A stretch of DNA of 64,000 bases from Candidatus Aenigmatarchaeota archaeon (GCA_043801595.1 JAZDLW010000022.1:1-64000); one strand, 5' to 3'; shown: positions 38,380-48,082, counted from the stretch's first letter. The notes: generated by a model from the sequence alone, not told the origin. Translations and numbers: made by a program.

Positions 38380-39816
38380 GTGGAACCGTACAAGTCCAAG
38401 TTCATACAGTTCTTAGTTGACTCCGGAGCTTTGAAAATCGGAGGATCTTACAAGACAAAGTCCGGAAGATATTCGCCTTATTTCCTGAATGCCGGAGCTT
38501 TTGACGACGGTGAAAAAGCCAGACAAGTTGGAAGGTATTATGCCGAAGCCATCAAAAGTGTTGTCGGAGACAAATTTGATCTGATTTTAGGCATTCCCAA
38601 TAAAGGCATCTCGTTGGCTGTGGCGACTTCGATTGCTCTCGCTGAAATGGGGATAAACAGAGGATGGACATTCTACAGGAAGGAAGCAAAAAATTACGGA
38701 GAGGCTACTGTTGACAAAACCAAAGACCAGCTGCCGACCAGAGAGCAGATGCAAAAGGAAATGCTTGTGGGCAGTCTCATACCCGACGGCTCAACAGTAC
38801 TCCCGCTTGATGACGTTCTTACAACAAGCGAGTCAAAGCGAGAGGCGGATGCTGTAATTCGCAGAATTACAAGCGGAGTCAAAATGCCGCATGGAATAAT
38901 ATCTGCTGACAGACAGGAGATAAACGAAGACGGCGAAATCGCAATAGAAATGTTTGCAAAGGAATGTGGAACCGTATACACTTCTATTGTTACAGCAGGC
39001 GACATTTACGATTATTTAAAAGAAAACGGAAAACTGGACAGTCCTGTAGATATTGCGTTCATGAGATATTTCCGCGCATGGGGAACGCCGGAGCTTAGAA
39101 AGAAGTATAATCTTGTCGGCAGCAAGCTGATTGAAGGCCGTACAGTCATACCAGCATGCGATGTTCCGTTTGAGGATTTCGAACCTATTGTTGAAGCGAC
39201 TGCGGATAACCCGAAAATTGGCGGTTACAAAATACCCGCTCATGCAGGAAGAAAGGGATGGGAGCGTTGGGTCGAAGTTGCAAGAAAATACACCAACAAG
39301 CCATTGATTTACGATCACCAGAAAGCCGGGACGGATATTCCGGACACAGCCGGGCAATTTATGCGAGATTTGAAAGCGTCCGGCATGGACGCTGTTATTC
39401 TGTTTCCACAATCCGGACCTAGAACGCAGGTTGCGTGGACTGGTGAGGCGCTGCAGCAGGGTTTAACAGTCTTTGTGGGCGGCGAGATGACACACCCCAA
39501 ATATCTGAGAAGCGCAGGCGGTTACATAGCCGACGAAGCTCCAGACGAAACTTATGTCAGAGCTGCGCGACAAGGCGTTAACCATTTCATTGTGCCCGGA
39601 AACAAGCCTGAGAGGATAAAGCATTACCGCGAACTTATTATGGCAGAAGGTGTTGATCCGGTTTTCGCTTCGCCCGGATTGGTTGCACAGGGCGGTTCAA
39701 TTTCTGAAGCAACGAAAGTTGCTGGAGATAACTGGCATGGCATTGTCGGACGTGCAATAACCGAAGCACCGGACAAACGCGCTGCAGCCAAAGAGTTAAC
39801 AAGCCAATTATACTAA
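38380..39816 (+). CDS. Fused orotate phosphoribosyltransferase / OMP decarboxylase (PyrE-PyrF)
   Basis: KSGRYSPYFLN, RKEAKNYGE, DDVLTT; then IPACD, YK, DHQKAGTDIP, SPG..AQGG, IVGRAI. Confidence 0.92.
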   Translation: MEPYKSKFIQFLVDSGALKIGGSYKTKSGRYSPYFLNAGAFDDGEKARQVGRYYAEAIKSVVGDKFDLILGIPNKGISLAVATSIALAEMGINRGWTFYRKEAKNYGEATVDKTKDQLPTREQMQKEMLVGSLIPDGSTVLPLDDVLTTSESKREADAVIRRITSGVKMPHGIISADRQEINEDGEIAIEMFAKECGTVYTSIVTAGDIYDYLKENGKLDSPVDIAFMRYFRAWGTPELRKKYNLVGSKLIEGRTVIPACDVPFEDFEPIVEATADNPKIGGYKIPAHAGRKGWERWVEVARKYTNKPLIYDHQKAGTDIPDTAGQFMRDLKASGMDAVILFPQSGPRTQVAWTGEALQQGLTVFVGGEMTHPKYLRSAGGYIADEAPDETYVRAARQGVNHFIVPGNKPERIKHYRELIMAEGVDPVFASPGLVAQGGSISEATKVAGDNWHGIVGRAITEAPDKRAAAKELTSQLY

Positions 39817-39873
39817 TTTTCGGTTTGTTAAACGCTAATAAAATCAGCAGACAATATGTTTTAGGCGGAACAG

Positions 39874-41538
39874 ATGAGGATTTTACAACTGCACGCAGAC
39901 AGCGTTGAGTACGAACCTATTAAAAAGGAGATAAAGCAGGCCGAAGAAGCTGAGCAGAAAAAATACTCTTTGGTCGAGGTTCTTGTTCTTTTAACAGCAA
40001 TCGAGAAGGGCGATACCAAAGAAACCGCGGCTTGGGCGATCGAAGATGCGGCGAAGTTCATGGCAAAAATGAAGATAACGAGGATGTTAATTTACCCGTA
40101 CGCGCATTTGAGTTCAAATTTATCATCGCCGTTCGATGCCATGGACATTGTTCTGGAGATGGAGAAGGTTGCAAAACAGAATGGGATTGACGCAAACCAT
40201 GCGCCTTTTGGATGGAATAAAAAATTTTCGATATCTGTAAAAGGCCATCCGATGGCAGAGATGTCGCGGACTTACGTCGGAAAGCCGAAAAAAGAGGAGA
40301 CGATTAAAATTGAAAAACCGAAGGCCGAGCAGACTATAGAGAAATTACCGGACAGCGACCACAGGATTATCGGGCAGAAACTCGATCTGTTCAGTTTCCA
40401 ACCAGAAGCGCCTGGGATGGCTTTTTTTCATCCAGCGGGAATGGTAATCAGGAACGAGCTGGTTAAGTTAACGCGCGAGAAGCTCGCAAAGGCGGGCTAT
40501 GTCGAGATAACAACGCCGATAATGATGAAGAAAAGCATATGGGAACAAAGCGGACACTGGGACCATTACAAGGACAGCATGTTTTTCACAAAGACCGACG
40601 ATGCGGAATTCGCGATAAAACCTATGAACTGTCCTGGAGCAATACTGTTCTTCAAAAACTCGAAGAAGAGTTATCGCAATCTTCCACTGCGCGTTGCGGA
40701 ATTCGGCATGATACATCGCAACGAATTAAGCGGCGTTGTAGGCGGATTGTTCCGCGTTCGCGAATTCACGCAGGACGACGCGCACCTGTTCGTGCGGGTC
40801 GACCAGCTTGAGAATGAACTCGCTGATGTAGTCGACTTGGTCTCAGATTTTTACAAACAGTTCGGATTTGCTTTCCATGTAGAACTGTCGACCCGGCCGG
40901 AAAACTCTATCGGTTCTGATGAATTGTGGAACAAAGCGGAAAGCGCGCTGGAAAATGTTCTAAAGAAAAAGAATCTTAAATTCAAAACAAACAAGGGCGA
41001 CGGCGCATTCTACGGGCCGAAGATAGATTTCCATGTGAAAGATTCGCTTGGCAGAACCTGGCAGTGCGGGACAGTGCAGGTTGATTTTTTCATGCCGCAA
41101 AGGTTTGCAATGTCTTATGTAACTGCGGACGGCAAAGAGGCTGTTCCGATAATGATACACCGTGCAATATACGGAAGCATAGAGCGTTTCATGGGAATTC
41201 TTGTCGAACATTACAACGGTGCGTTTCCTTTGTGGTTATCGCCAACCCAAATTAAAGTACTTCCGATAAGCGACAAGAATTTTGATTACGCAAAGGTGGT
41301 TGAAAAAACGCTTTTGTCGTCCGGGTTCAGGGTTGAAGGCGATTATGAGAATCATACGCTTGACTACAAGATCAGAAACGCCCAGATGGAGAAAGTGTTT
41401 TACACAATTGTGATAGGCGCGAAAGAGGAAGATAAAAAAACGATTGCAGTTCGCGATCGCGCCGGAAAAACAGAATACAATATAAAAATCAACGATTTTA
41501 TTGAGAAGCTTGCTGTTGCTATCAAAGACCGTTTGTAA
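39874..41538 (+). CDS. thrS: Threonine--tRNA ligase
   Basis: Archaeal editing domain (YPYAHLS, APFGWNK, KGHP) plus class II core (KPMNCPG, RVREFTQDDAH, IHRAIYGSIERF). Confidence 0.97.
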   Translation: MRILQLHADSVEYEPIKKEIKQAEEAEQKKYSLVEVLVLLTAIEKGDTKETAAWAIEDAAKFMAKMKITRMLIYPYAHLSSNLSSPFDAMDIVLEMEKVAKQNGIDANHAPFGWNKKFSISVKGHPMAEMSRTYVGKPKKEETIKIEKPKAEQTIEKLPDSDHRIIGQKLDLFSFQPEAPGMAFFHPAGMVIRNELVKLTREKLAKAGYVEITTPIMMKKSIWEQSGHWDHYKDSMFFTKTDDAEFAIKPMNCPGAILFFKNSKKSYRNLPLRVAEFGMIHRNELSGVVGGLFRVREFTQDDAHLFVRVDQLENELADVVDLVSDFYKQFGFAFHVELSTRPENSIGSDELWNKAESALENVLKKKNLKFKTNKGDGAFYGPKIDFHVKDSLGRTWQCGTVQVDFFMPQRFAMSYVTADGKEAVPIMIHRAIYGSIERFMGILVEHYNGAFPLWLSPTQIKVLPISDKNFDYAKVVEKTLLSSGFRVEGDYENHTLDYKIRNAQMEKVFYTIVIGAKEEDKKTIAVRDRAGKTEYNIKINDFIEKLAVAIKDRL

Positions 41539-41590
41539 AGGTATAGAATGGCTCGGATCGCCAAAAAAACCGCGTTTCGCGGTGATAAAC

Positions 41591-41598
41591 TTTATATA
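41591..41598 (+). promoter_or_regulatory. TATA box TTTATATA upstream of the long ftsZ leader
   Basis: Preceded by purine-rich GATAAAC (BRE-like). Confidence 0.55.
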
Positions 41599-41710
41599 AC
41601 ACTTTCACCAATTATTATCAATTAGGGAGTAGAACTCCTCGTGTAAAAGGCGTTCGGTAACGCCGATTCTTGGTTTGCACTATGACGTGGCAGGGTTACC
41701 TACCGCGTTT

Positions 41711-41930
41711 CACAGGTTGCGGGGCAACCTGTGCAAGGAAACAAATGTTTCCTTTGTAGGCGAAACGAGTTTTGGCGGTCTGAAGCTTCGCAGGTTGCAG
41801 AGCAACCGGCGCAGGGAAACACGGTTTCCCTTGTGTTGCACATTTTGACTAGTCTAACAAGTTTAGACTAGTCTGTCTGAACTTTTCAAACAACGGAAAC
41901 GATCGCGTTTCCTCTGGAAGTTCACTCAAA
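41711..41930. repeat. Double-hairpin variants (41711-41756, about 41789-41833, partial 41891-41916)
   Basis: CACAGGTTGC..GCAACCTGTGCAAGGAAAC..GTTTCCTTTG and related copies. Confidence 0.75.
41847..41873. promoter_or_regulatory. Perfect palindrome GACTAGTCTAA-N5-TTAGACTAGTC
   Basis: 11-bp arms, about 75 nt upstream of the ftsZ start. Confidence 0.5.
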
Positions 41931-41947
41931 TAATGGAGGGGAATTGT

Positions 41948-43072
41948 ATGTCGATATTGGAGTCGGTATTAAACAAGGGTGCTGCAACAGCAGGTCACGG
42001 AAGCGATTCGGGCGTGACAATGAAGAATTTCGATTATGAAAAGATAACCGAACAAGAGTTTGGTTTCAGCATGAAAAGAGCGAAAATAGTTGTAATTGGA
42101 TGCGGTGGTGGAGGTACTAACTCTATCAATCGTCTGGCAGAAATGGGCGTTGAAGGAGCCAATACTGTTGCAATAAACACGGATGCAAAGCATTTAGCGG
42201 TCATAAAGGCTGACAAAAAGATCCTTATTGGAAAGGAAATTACCAGAGGTTTGGGAGCAGGCGGTTACCCGGAAATAGGAAAGAAAGCAGCCGAAGAGAG
42301 TAGAACACAGCTGAAAGAATCGCTGGCAGGAGCCGATCTGGTATTCCTCACTGCCGGAATGGGCGGTGGAACCGGAACAGGTTCAGCACCGGTCGTTTCC
42401 GAGATTGCGAAAGAATTGGGCGCGATCGTTATCGGAGTGGTAACAATGCCATTCAAGATCGAAGGCGCAAGAATTATTAAGGCCGAGAACGGTCTCGGAA
42501 AATTACGAGAAGCGTGCGACACTGTAATAGTGATCGAGAACGATAAACTTCTCGAGTTTGCAGGTGACCTTCCGATCCAGCAAGCGTTTGCCGTAGCGGA
42601 CGAATTGATCGCCGGGATGGTAAAGGGAATAACAGAGGCTATAACGCTGCCGTCATTGGTTAACCTAGACTACGCTGACGTGAAGGCGATAATGCATTCG
42701 GGCGGAGTCGCGGCAATAGGCCTTGGATTCTCAAACAGTTCCGACAGGGCGCGCGATGCTGTAACAAAAGCATTGCAGAATCCGTTGTTAGAAGTTGATT
42801 ATCAGGGCGCTAGCGGAGCGTTAATCCACATAACAGGCGGCCCAGACCTTAAACTGTCCGAAGTCAACCAAATCGGTGGCATAGTGTCTTCGCATCTAGA
42901 TTCCTCGGCGCAGGTAATCTGGGGCGCAAGAGTGCAACCGGACTTCCACGGAAAGGTGCAGGTAATAACAATAATAACAGGAGTTACCAGCCCGTACATA
43001 CTGGGCCAGGTTACCAGGGAATCCACCCCTACCTTGGGAATCAGCGAGCTCGGTATTGACAGGATAGCATAA
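41948..43072 (+). CDS. ftsZ: Cell division protein FtsZ
   Basis: GCGGGG, NTD, GMGGGTGTG, NLDYAD; GGAGGGG RBS before ATG 41948. Confidence 0.98.
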   Translation: MSILESVLNKGAATAGHGSDSGVTMKNFDYEKITEQEFGFSMKRAKIVVIGCGGGGTNSINRLAEMGVEGANTVAINTDAKHLAVIKADKKILIGKEITRGLGAGGYPEIGKKAAEESRTQLKESLAGADLVFLTAGMGGGTGTGSAPVVSEIAKELGAIVIGVVTMPFKIEGARIIKAENGLGKLREACDTVIVIENDKLLEFAGDLPIQQAFAVADELIAGMVKGITEAITLPSLVNLDYADVKAIMHSGGVAAIGLGFSNSSDRARDAVTKALQNPLLEVDYQGASGALIHITGGPDLKLSEVNQIGGIVSSHLDSSAQVIWGARVQPDFHGKVQVITIITGVTSPYILGQVTRESTPTLGISELGIDRIA

Positions 43073-43098
43073 ACTAGAATTGCGGTGCGATGAAGCGA

Positions 43099-43326
43099 CA
43101 CAGGAAACGATAGTTTCCTGTGCACGGTTTGCTTTTGCAAACCTTTGAGCTGAGCACTTTACTAATTTTTAAACTTTTTAAAACAACGGAAACCTATGGT
43201 TTCAACGAAAACTCAAGAAGTTTTCGTGCATAGGGAAACTCGGTTTCCCCATGCCGTGCATAGGAAATTGTCGAATTTCCTATGAAGTTTAATCAAACAA
43301 GCTTTTCAAAAAAGCTTGAGCAAAAG
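43099..43326. repeat. Inverted element (43099-43147), nested element (outer 43184-43284, inner 43203-43253) and empty host hairpin (43299-43326)
   Basis: Direct reading; nesting junction TTT|CCGT is the same as at 16688 and 51125. Confidence 0.88.
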
Positions 43327-43363
43327 AGAATGGTTTTAAACCGTTCGGTACTAACATTATTTT

Positions 43364-43498
43364 ATGGAGATAACGACAAAGTCGGTGAGGAAATTTTTCA
43401 AGTCCAAGAAGAACCTGTTATACATGTTTTTCTGGTCGCTGATGTTTTTGGCCGGTTTTGCGGTTGCGTTGTTGTTAATTGCGCGGGGGCGGGTTTGA
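43364..43498 (+). CDS. Small single-TM protein (44 aa)
   Basis: MEITTKSVRKFFKSKKNLLYMFFWSLMFLAGFAVALLLIARGRV; stop abuts the next ATG. Confidence 0.5.
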   Translation: MEITTKSVRKFFKSKKNLLYMFFWSLMFLAGFAVALLLIARGRV

Positions 43499-43738
43499 AT
43501 GGTCGGAGATAAGATACCCAGGACAGAGGTTGTCAAGTGGATCGAGAGGTTGGATAAAAAACTGGTCTCTGCCCAACCGAAAAACAGGAAGGCGGGGGAG
43601 GTTTTAAAGAACGCAGAAGCGTATCGCGACGATTCCAAACATTGGTTAAAAGAAGGCAACCTTTTCCTTGCGTTCGAGGCGTGTGTGTATTCGTGGGCGA
43701 TAATCGAAACCGCGGAAGCGTTAGGCGAGGTCGTTTAG
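43499..43738 (+). CDS. DUF357-family protein
   Basis: NAEAYRDDSKHWLKEGNLFLAFEACVYSW; this family is commonly found near dph5. Confidence 0.8.
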   Translation: MVGDKIPRTEVVKWIERLDKKLVSAQPKNRKAGEVLKNAEAYRDDSKHWLKEGNLFLAFEACVYSWAIIETAEALGEVV

Positions 43739-44179
43739 GACAATAGCCATTGCTATTGAACCGCCGAACGCGAAACCGAAGAACAAGCCGGACGATAACC
43801 AAACGAAACCGTTAACGGCAAGGTAGACAAGAACGAAACCGAAGATTACTGATGCCAAATAACTCGGAAGCTCGTAGTCTATCTTTTTTGCAAGCATTTT
43901 CATCCTCTGCGAATTCTTCGTCTTCGAGGCGTAAAATCGCCTGTAGAAAACCCAGTGTTTTCCGAATTCATGGTGCCAGTGCGTGCCATAGAACATGCCC
44001 ACTGCGATGCCTAACAGGAAACCGGCGTAAATTCTGTTTCCTGTAGCCAGGTAAACGTTAGTTGATTCGAGAAATAGGAAGGCTGCAAGCAAGGCGATGA
44101 AAACATGCGCTTTTGCTGTCATTGCCCAGATAAGATGATCCCTGTGCAGAAGCCTGTACGCCTGCTTTAAAAAATTCAT
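43721..44179 (-). CDS. Hypothetical membrane protein
   Basis: Four hydrophobic segments and an HWHHE motif; start at MNFLKQ inferred. Confidence 0.6.
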   Translation of the reverse strand: MNFLKQAYRLLHRDHLIWAMTAKAHVFIALLAAFLFLESTNVYLATGNRIYAGFLLGIAVGMFYGTHWHHEFGKHWVFYRRFYASKTKNSQRMKMLAKKIDYELPSYLASVIFGFVLVYLAVNGFVWLSSGLFFGFAFGGSIAMAIVLNDLA

Positions 44180-44230
44180 ATATAATATTCCCAATACGTC
44201 CAATTTAAGGTTTATTGGTGATGTGATTTT

Positions 44231-44974
44231 ATGCTTTCGATAATAGGGCTGGGTATTTTTGACGAGAACGATATATCCCTGCGCGGCCTTGAAGAGATTA
44301 GGCGTTCTGATAAAGCTTATGTCGAATTTTATACGAACATCTGGCACGGCGATGTTGCAAAGCTCGAAAAAACGGTTGGAAAGAAAATCATCGCATTAAA
44401 GCGCAGGGACATCGAGGACAACAACAGGATCATAAGCGATGCGAAAGCGAAAAACGTGTGTTTACTGGTTCCAGGCGATCCGCTGGCTGCGACAACGCAC
44501 GCAGAATTGCTGCTTCGTGCAAAAAATGAAGGAATCGAAACTAAGATCATACACTCATCCTCCATATTTTCGTCGGTTGGCGAATGCGGGTTGCAGCTGT
44601 ATAAGTTCGGGCGGACTGCGACCATCCCTCTTCCCGAGAAGACGGGCGGTGTTGCGCCGGAATCGGTTTATGACATTGTTAAAGGAAATCTAAAACTGGG
44701 AGCCCACACGTTGCTGTTGCTGGACATAGACGTGGAGAATAAAAAGGCGCTCTCTGTGAAAGAAGGATTGGAAACGCTGAAAAAACTCGACAAGAAAAAA
44801 ATTCTCGGCAAATTCGTTGTCATAAGCATGCTCGGTTCAGAGAAGCAACGCATCGATTACGGCGATTACGGCAAATTGTCAAAAATAAATTATGAACTTC
44901 CGGCCGTTATCGTTGTTCCGGGCAAACTTCATTTTGCAGAGGAAGAGTTTATTAATGCTGTTGCTTTTAAATAG
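44231..44974 (+). CDS. dph5: Diphthine synthase
   Basis: IGLG, EFYT, GDPLAATTH, GLQLYKFGRT, HTLLLLDI, LHFAEEE. Confidence 0.96.
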   Translation: MLSIIGLGIFDENDISLRGLEEIRRSDKAYVEFYTNIWHGDVAKLEKTVGKKIIALKRRDIEDNNRIISDAKAKNVCLLVPGDPLAATTHAELLLRAKNEGIETKIIHSSSIFSSVGECGLQLYKFGRTATIPLPEKTGGVAPESVYDIVKGNLKLGAHTLLLLDIDVENKKALSVKEGLETLKKLDKKKILGKFVVISMLGSEKQRIDYGDYGKLSKINYELPAVIVVPGKLHFAEEEFINAVAFK

Positions 44975-44994
44975 GTTGTCAAGAAAATAGTATT

Positions 44995-45636
44995 ATGGCT
45001 TACGAAAGAGTTTCGCACTTGGTAAAGGACGGATTTACAATACTCGATTCCAAAGGACAGGACAACATGCGCGTCCTTAAGGAAACCCTTGCAAAATACC
45101 AGCAAGCGCGGCATGAGCTCGGCTCTCCGCTTTCAAAGGACGCGGGCGCTGCTAATCTCAGAAGGTACGAGGTTGCCAGAACCAGCGTTGACATGCTTCT
45201 TGAGGAAATAAAAGGCTATGCAAGACACTCAGCTCAGATTGTTTCAGATCAGGCTGACAGCCAACTCTCTTATGTGCGCAAGCAGGTCATTGACGAGGCT
45301 ACTGGTAAGAGGTTGATGAACGTAAAGGTCATGCCGAGACCGTCCGCTGACGCTGTAAAAAATTCCATAGACGGTGCTAGACGCTACCTGATGACATCGG
45401 CGCAGTATATTGGTCAGATGGCAAATGTCATGCATGACAATCCCGCGTTTTCGGAAAATGACGCCAAATTTTTGTACAGTGTAGCGGAAAAGTTAAGAGA
45501 CGGGGAAAAAGCGCTGGGTGAACAAATAAATAAACACAATGACAGTGTGGACATGGTAGAGATTAAGAAAATTGACAAAGACTGGAGTAAGGAACTTAAC
45601 CGCCATCTCAAGGCAATAAAAAAAGGAAGATTCTGA
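44995..45636 (+). CDS. Hypothetical helical protein, paralog of 48083-48673
   Basis: Shared N-terminal pattern Y..A..ELG...Y..A......L..EI.GYAR.S. Confidence 0.8.
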   Translation: MAYERVSHLVKDGFTILDSKGQDNMRVLKETLAKYQQARHELGSPLSKDAGAANLRRYEVARTSVDMLLEEIKGYARHSAQIVSDQADSQLSYVRKQVIDEATGKRLMNVKVMPRPSADAVKNSIDGARRYLMTSAQYIGQMANVMHDNPAFSENDAKFLYSVAEKLRDGEKALGEQINKHNDSVDMVEIKKIDKDWSKELNRHLKAIKKGRF

Positions 45637-45675
45637 TTTTAGAAACGATTTAACGATACGCGTTTAATTCTAATT

Positions 45676-46167
45676 ATGGCAAAGCCAGTTGTGAAGATGC
45701 AAGATTACGAGCGCAAAGCTGAGACGTTGCGTACGGCACTTTCTTATGCCAAGGACAGCGTGGATCGCGGAAATTATGCTGCTGCATTCAATTACATTGC
45801 ACAAGCGAACGCAATGATACCGAAAAGGGGCGGCGGAATGCTGGGAGGCGTATACGGAAATGCGAAGAAGGAGATAGGAATACTCACAAGATATGTGCTT
45901 TCCGGTGCGCAACAGAAGTTGAGCGACGGTTACGCAAAAATTGACAGGGAAATGGACAGAATCTCGCACGGCGGAACGCCAAAGCCATATGCGAGAAGAA
46001 CGATAAAGGCCATGGAAGGGTTTGTTGAGGCGTTCACAGACCCAAGCATGCCCGCGGCGGTTTCGAAAGAATTCGAGTCGCACAAAGATCGCGTAACCAA
46101 ATTAAAATCCGAGCTCGAAAAACTTGCGCAATCAAAGGGCGGGAAAATAGACTGGGATAAACCATGA
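45676..46167 (+). CDS. Hypothetical helical protein
   Basis: ORF with ATG start; no recognised motif. Confidence 0.75.
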   Translation: MAKPVVKMQDYERKAETLRTALSYAKDSVDRGNYAAAFNYIAQANAMIPKRGGGMLGGVYGNAKKEIGILTRYVLSGAQQKLSDGYAKIDREMDRISHGGTPKPYARRTIKAMEGFVEAFTDPSMPAAVSKEFESHKDRVTKLKSELEKLAQSKGGKIDWDKP

Positions 46168-46184
46168 ATCGTGCGGTTCGGCGT

Positions 46185-46934
46185 TTATTTTTCAATTTTC
46201 TGCATCAGTTCTTCCATTTTTTCCACGAACATCGTCGATTTATCGACAAGCTCGTCTATCTTTTCCGGTTTTAGCATTTTCAGTTCGCCGTGTTCGAGAA
46301 GCTTACAGTGTTTTATGACATCCTCGTAATATCTCACGTACTCGTTCGAAAGTTTTCGCTTGCGGACGAAATGTATTCTCAATTGCTCCGGTATCTGCTT
46401 TGGCGAAGGCGGCGATACGCCGACGGCCATCAACGGCGCCTGTGCCGCATCGACAACAGCGGACGATAACGCGTCTATTATCGAAACCGTATGGAACCGT
46501 TCTATTCTCAACAGACGCAAAGGCGACTGCTGTATCAGCGATTTCATCGCCTCTTTCGTTCCCGGTACGCGACCTTCCACCAAAAGTTTTTTCAGCGGAA
46601 GGAAAAATCCGGACGGGTCGTACAGCGGAATTCCTTCCTTTATTTCCGTGAACGTGACCGGTGAACCATGCCGCACGAGCTCCCAGTAATCCGACAGCTT
46701 GTAAAAAAGCAGATTAATTTTTCCTTTCATCCTCGCATTATCTACGGCTTTCTGCGCTTCCGCTTTTATCTCATTTGTCGTAATGGAGTCTACCTGATTC
46801 GTGTCGTCCATGAGAAATATTATGGTTTCTCCTGGCTCCGCTTCTGTATGGGATATCATCCATATTGATTTCAATATCTCGGGGAATTTTTTCGTTAATT
46901 TGTTTACCAGATTTTTTATTTCAACACCTTTCAT
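46185..46934 (-). CDS. Degenerate nucleotidyltransferase plus HEPN fusion, short form
   Basis: LSDYWELVRHGSP..GIPLYDPSGF..GRVPGTKEA shared with paralogs; GS and DxD motifs absent. Confidence 0.85.
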   Translation of the reverse strand: MKGVEIKNLVNKLTKKFPEILKSIWMISHTEAEPGETIIFLMDDTNQVDSITTNEIKAEAQKAVDNARMKGKINLLFYKLSDYWELVRHGSPVTFTEIKEGIPLYDPSGFFLPLKKLLVEGRVPGTKEAMKSLIQQSPLRLLRIERFHTVSIIDALSSAVVDAAQAPLMAVGVSPPSPKQIPEQLRIHFVRKRKLSNEYVRYYEDVIKHCKLLEHGELKMLKPEKIDELVDKSTMFVEKMEELMQKIEK

Positions 46935-48010
46935 TTTTTGATCCCCTTTAAAATTTCTTCCAGGTTCTTCGCGTACAGCCGCGACGTATACACGTCTTTT
47001 TCCGTGACTTCCTGAAGCCTGTTATTATCCGAAGCGTTTTTCATCGCCTTTATTTTTTTCAGGACGTCGAGATATCCTTTTGAAACCAGGCCAGTTGCGA
47101 TTAATTCCCTTTCAACGAATTTGATTATGTTCCTGTCGTTTGCGTTAACGCCTTTCTTTTTCAGAATATTCCTGCAGGCGTTGAATGCGATCGAGTTTGA
47201 TTCTTCTATGATCTCCCTTTTCTTTTCGATTTCCAAACGCGAAAATATCGAATCCATCCTGTATATGAAATCGCGCGCCTTGGTAATCCATGAAAACGTT
47301 TCTTTGGCAGTAAGCTTTGTCAATTCGCCGTGGTCGATTTTGCGCGTTATCGCGTAGAAGTCATCGACAATTTCGGCGTAATGATTCTCAAGAACATTTT
47401 TACAAACAAAGTGCTTGCGCAGCGCAGTTCCGAGATTTTTCGCAGATGGAGGCGCAACACCGTAGAACATCAATACCGCCTGCCCGGCCTCGACCATTGC
47501 ATATAGTAAATCTGACGTTATGTCCTCCAAAAATATTTTCCTGACGTTTTCAAGCCTTGACGGCGCGCGCTGTATGAGCATCTGCGACCGTTCCATTGTT
47601 CCGCTCATCCTGCCCTCTTTTAACAGCCTGCTAAGCGGTTCGATATACCCCGATGGGTCATAAATGGGCAGAGCATCGCGCACTGATGTGAAAACCCACG
47701 GCTCGCCGGAGCGAAGCAGGTCCCACCAATCCGTTAATCTTTTGGCTGGCTGAAAATGAATGTTGATTTTTGTTTTTTCCTTCACAGAACTGTTTATTTC
47801 GGATATGTCATCGCTTATTTTTGATAATTCCGCGCCGGATATGTCAGTTGTTGCGTCATCTACTACTGTCATTACGTCTATGTCCGACGACGGTTTCGCC
47901 TCGCCGCGCGCAAAAGAACCGTAAATCCATATTGCTTTTATTTTTCCGTCGTACTTCGAGAGTATTGAAGAACACGCTTCCTTGATAGCGTCGAGCGCGT
48001 CGTATTTCAT
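46931..48010 (-). CDS. Nucleotidyltransferase plus HEPN fusion, long form
   Basis: IYGSFARG..SDIDVMTVVDD, LTDWWDLLRSGEP, LYAMVEAGQA, TRKIDHG. Confidence 0.9.
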   Translation of the reverse strand: MKYDALDAIKEACSSILSKYDGKIKAIWIYGSFARGEAKPSSDIDVMTVVDDATTDISGAELSKISDDISEINSSVKEKTKINIHFQPAKRLTDWWDLLRSGEPWVFTSVRDALPIYDPSGYIEPLSRLLKEGRMSGTMERSQMLIQRAPSRLENVRKIFLEDITSDLLYAMVEAGQAVLMFYGVAPPSAKNLGTALRKHFVCKNVLENHYAEIVDDFYAITRKIDHGELTKLTAKETFSWITKARDFIYRMDSIFSRLEIEKKREIIEESNSIAFNACRNILKKKGVNANDRNIIKFVERELIATGLVSKGYLDVLKKIKAMKNASDNNRLQEVTEKDVYTSRLYAKNLEEILKGIKK

Positions 48011-48082
48011 AACTAGATATTGGTCGTTTTATAATAAAACAAAGCTTTTATCCGTCTCGGACGTAAAGTAATATTGTTGCAT

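Noticed and set aside
41620..41850. SRP RNA or RNase P RNA
   Set aside because: I could not find the SRP helix-8 motif or the RNase P P4 consensus; kept only as an unassigned structured region.
43282..43512. 76-aa ORF from the track
   Set aside because: It starts inside repeat DNA; the 44-aa TM ORF at 43364-43498 fits better.
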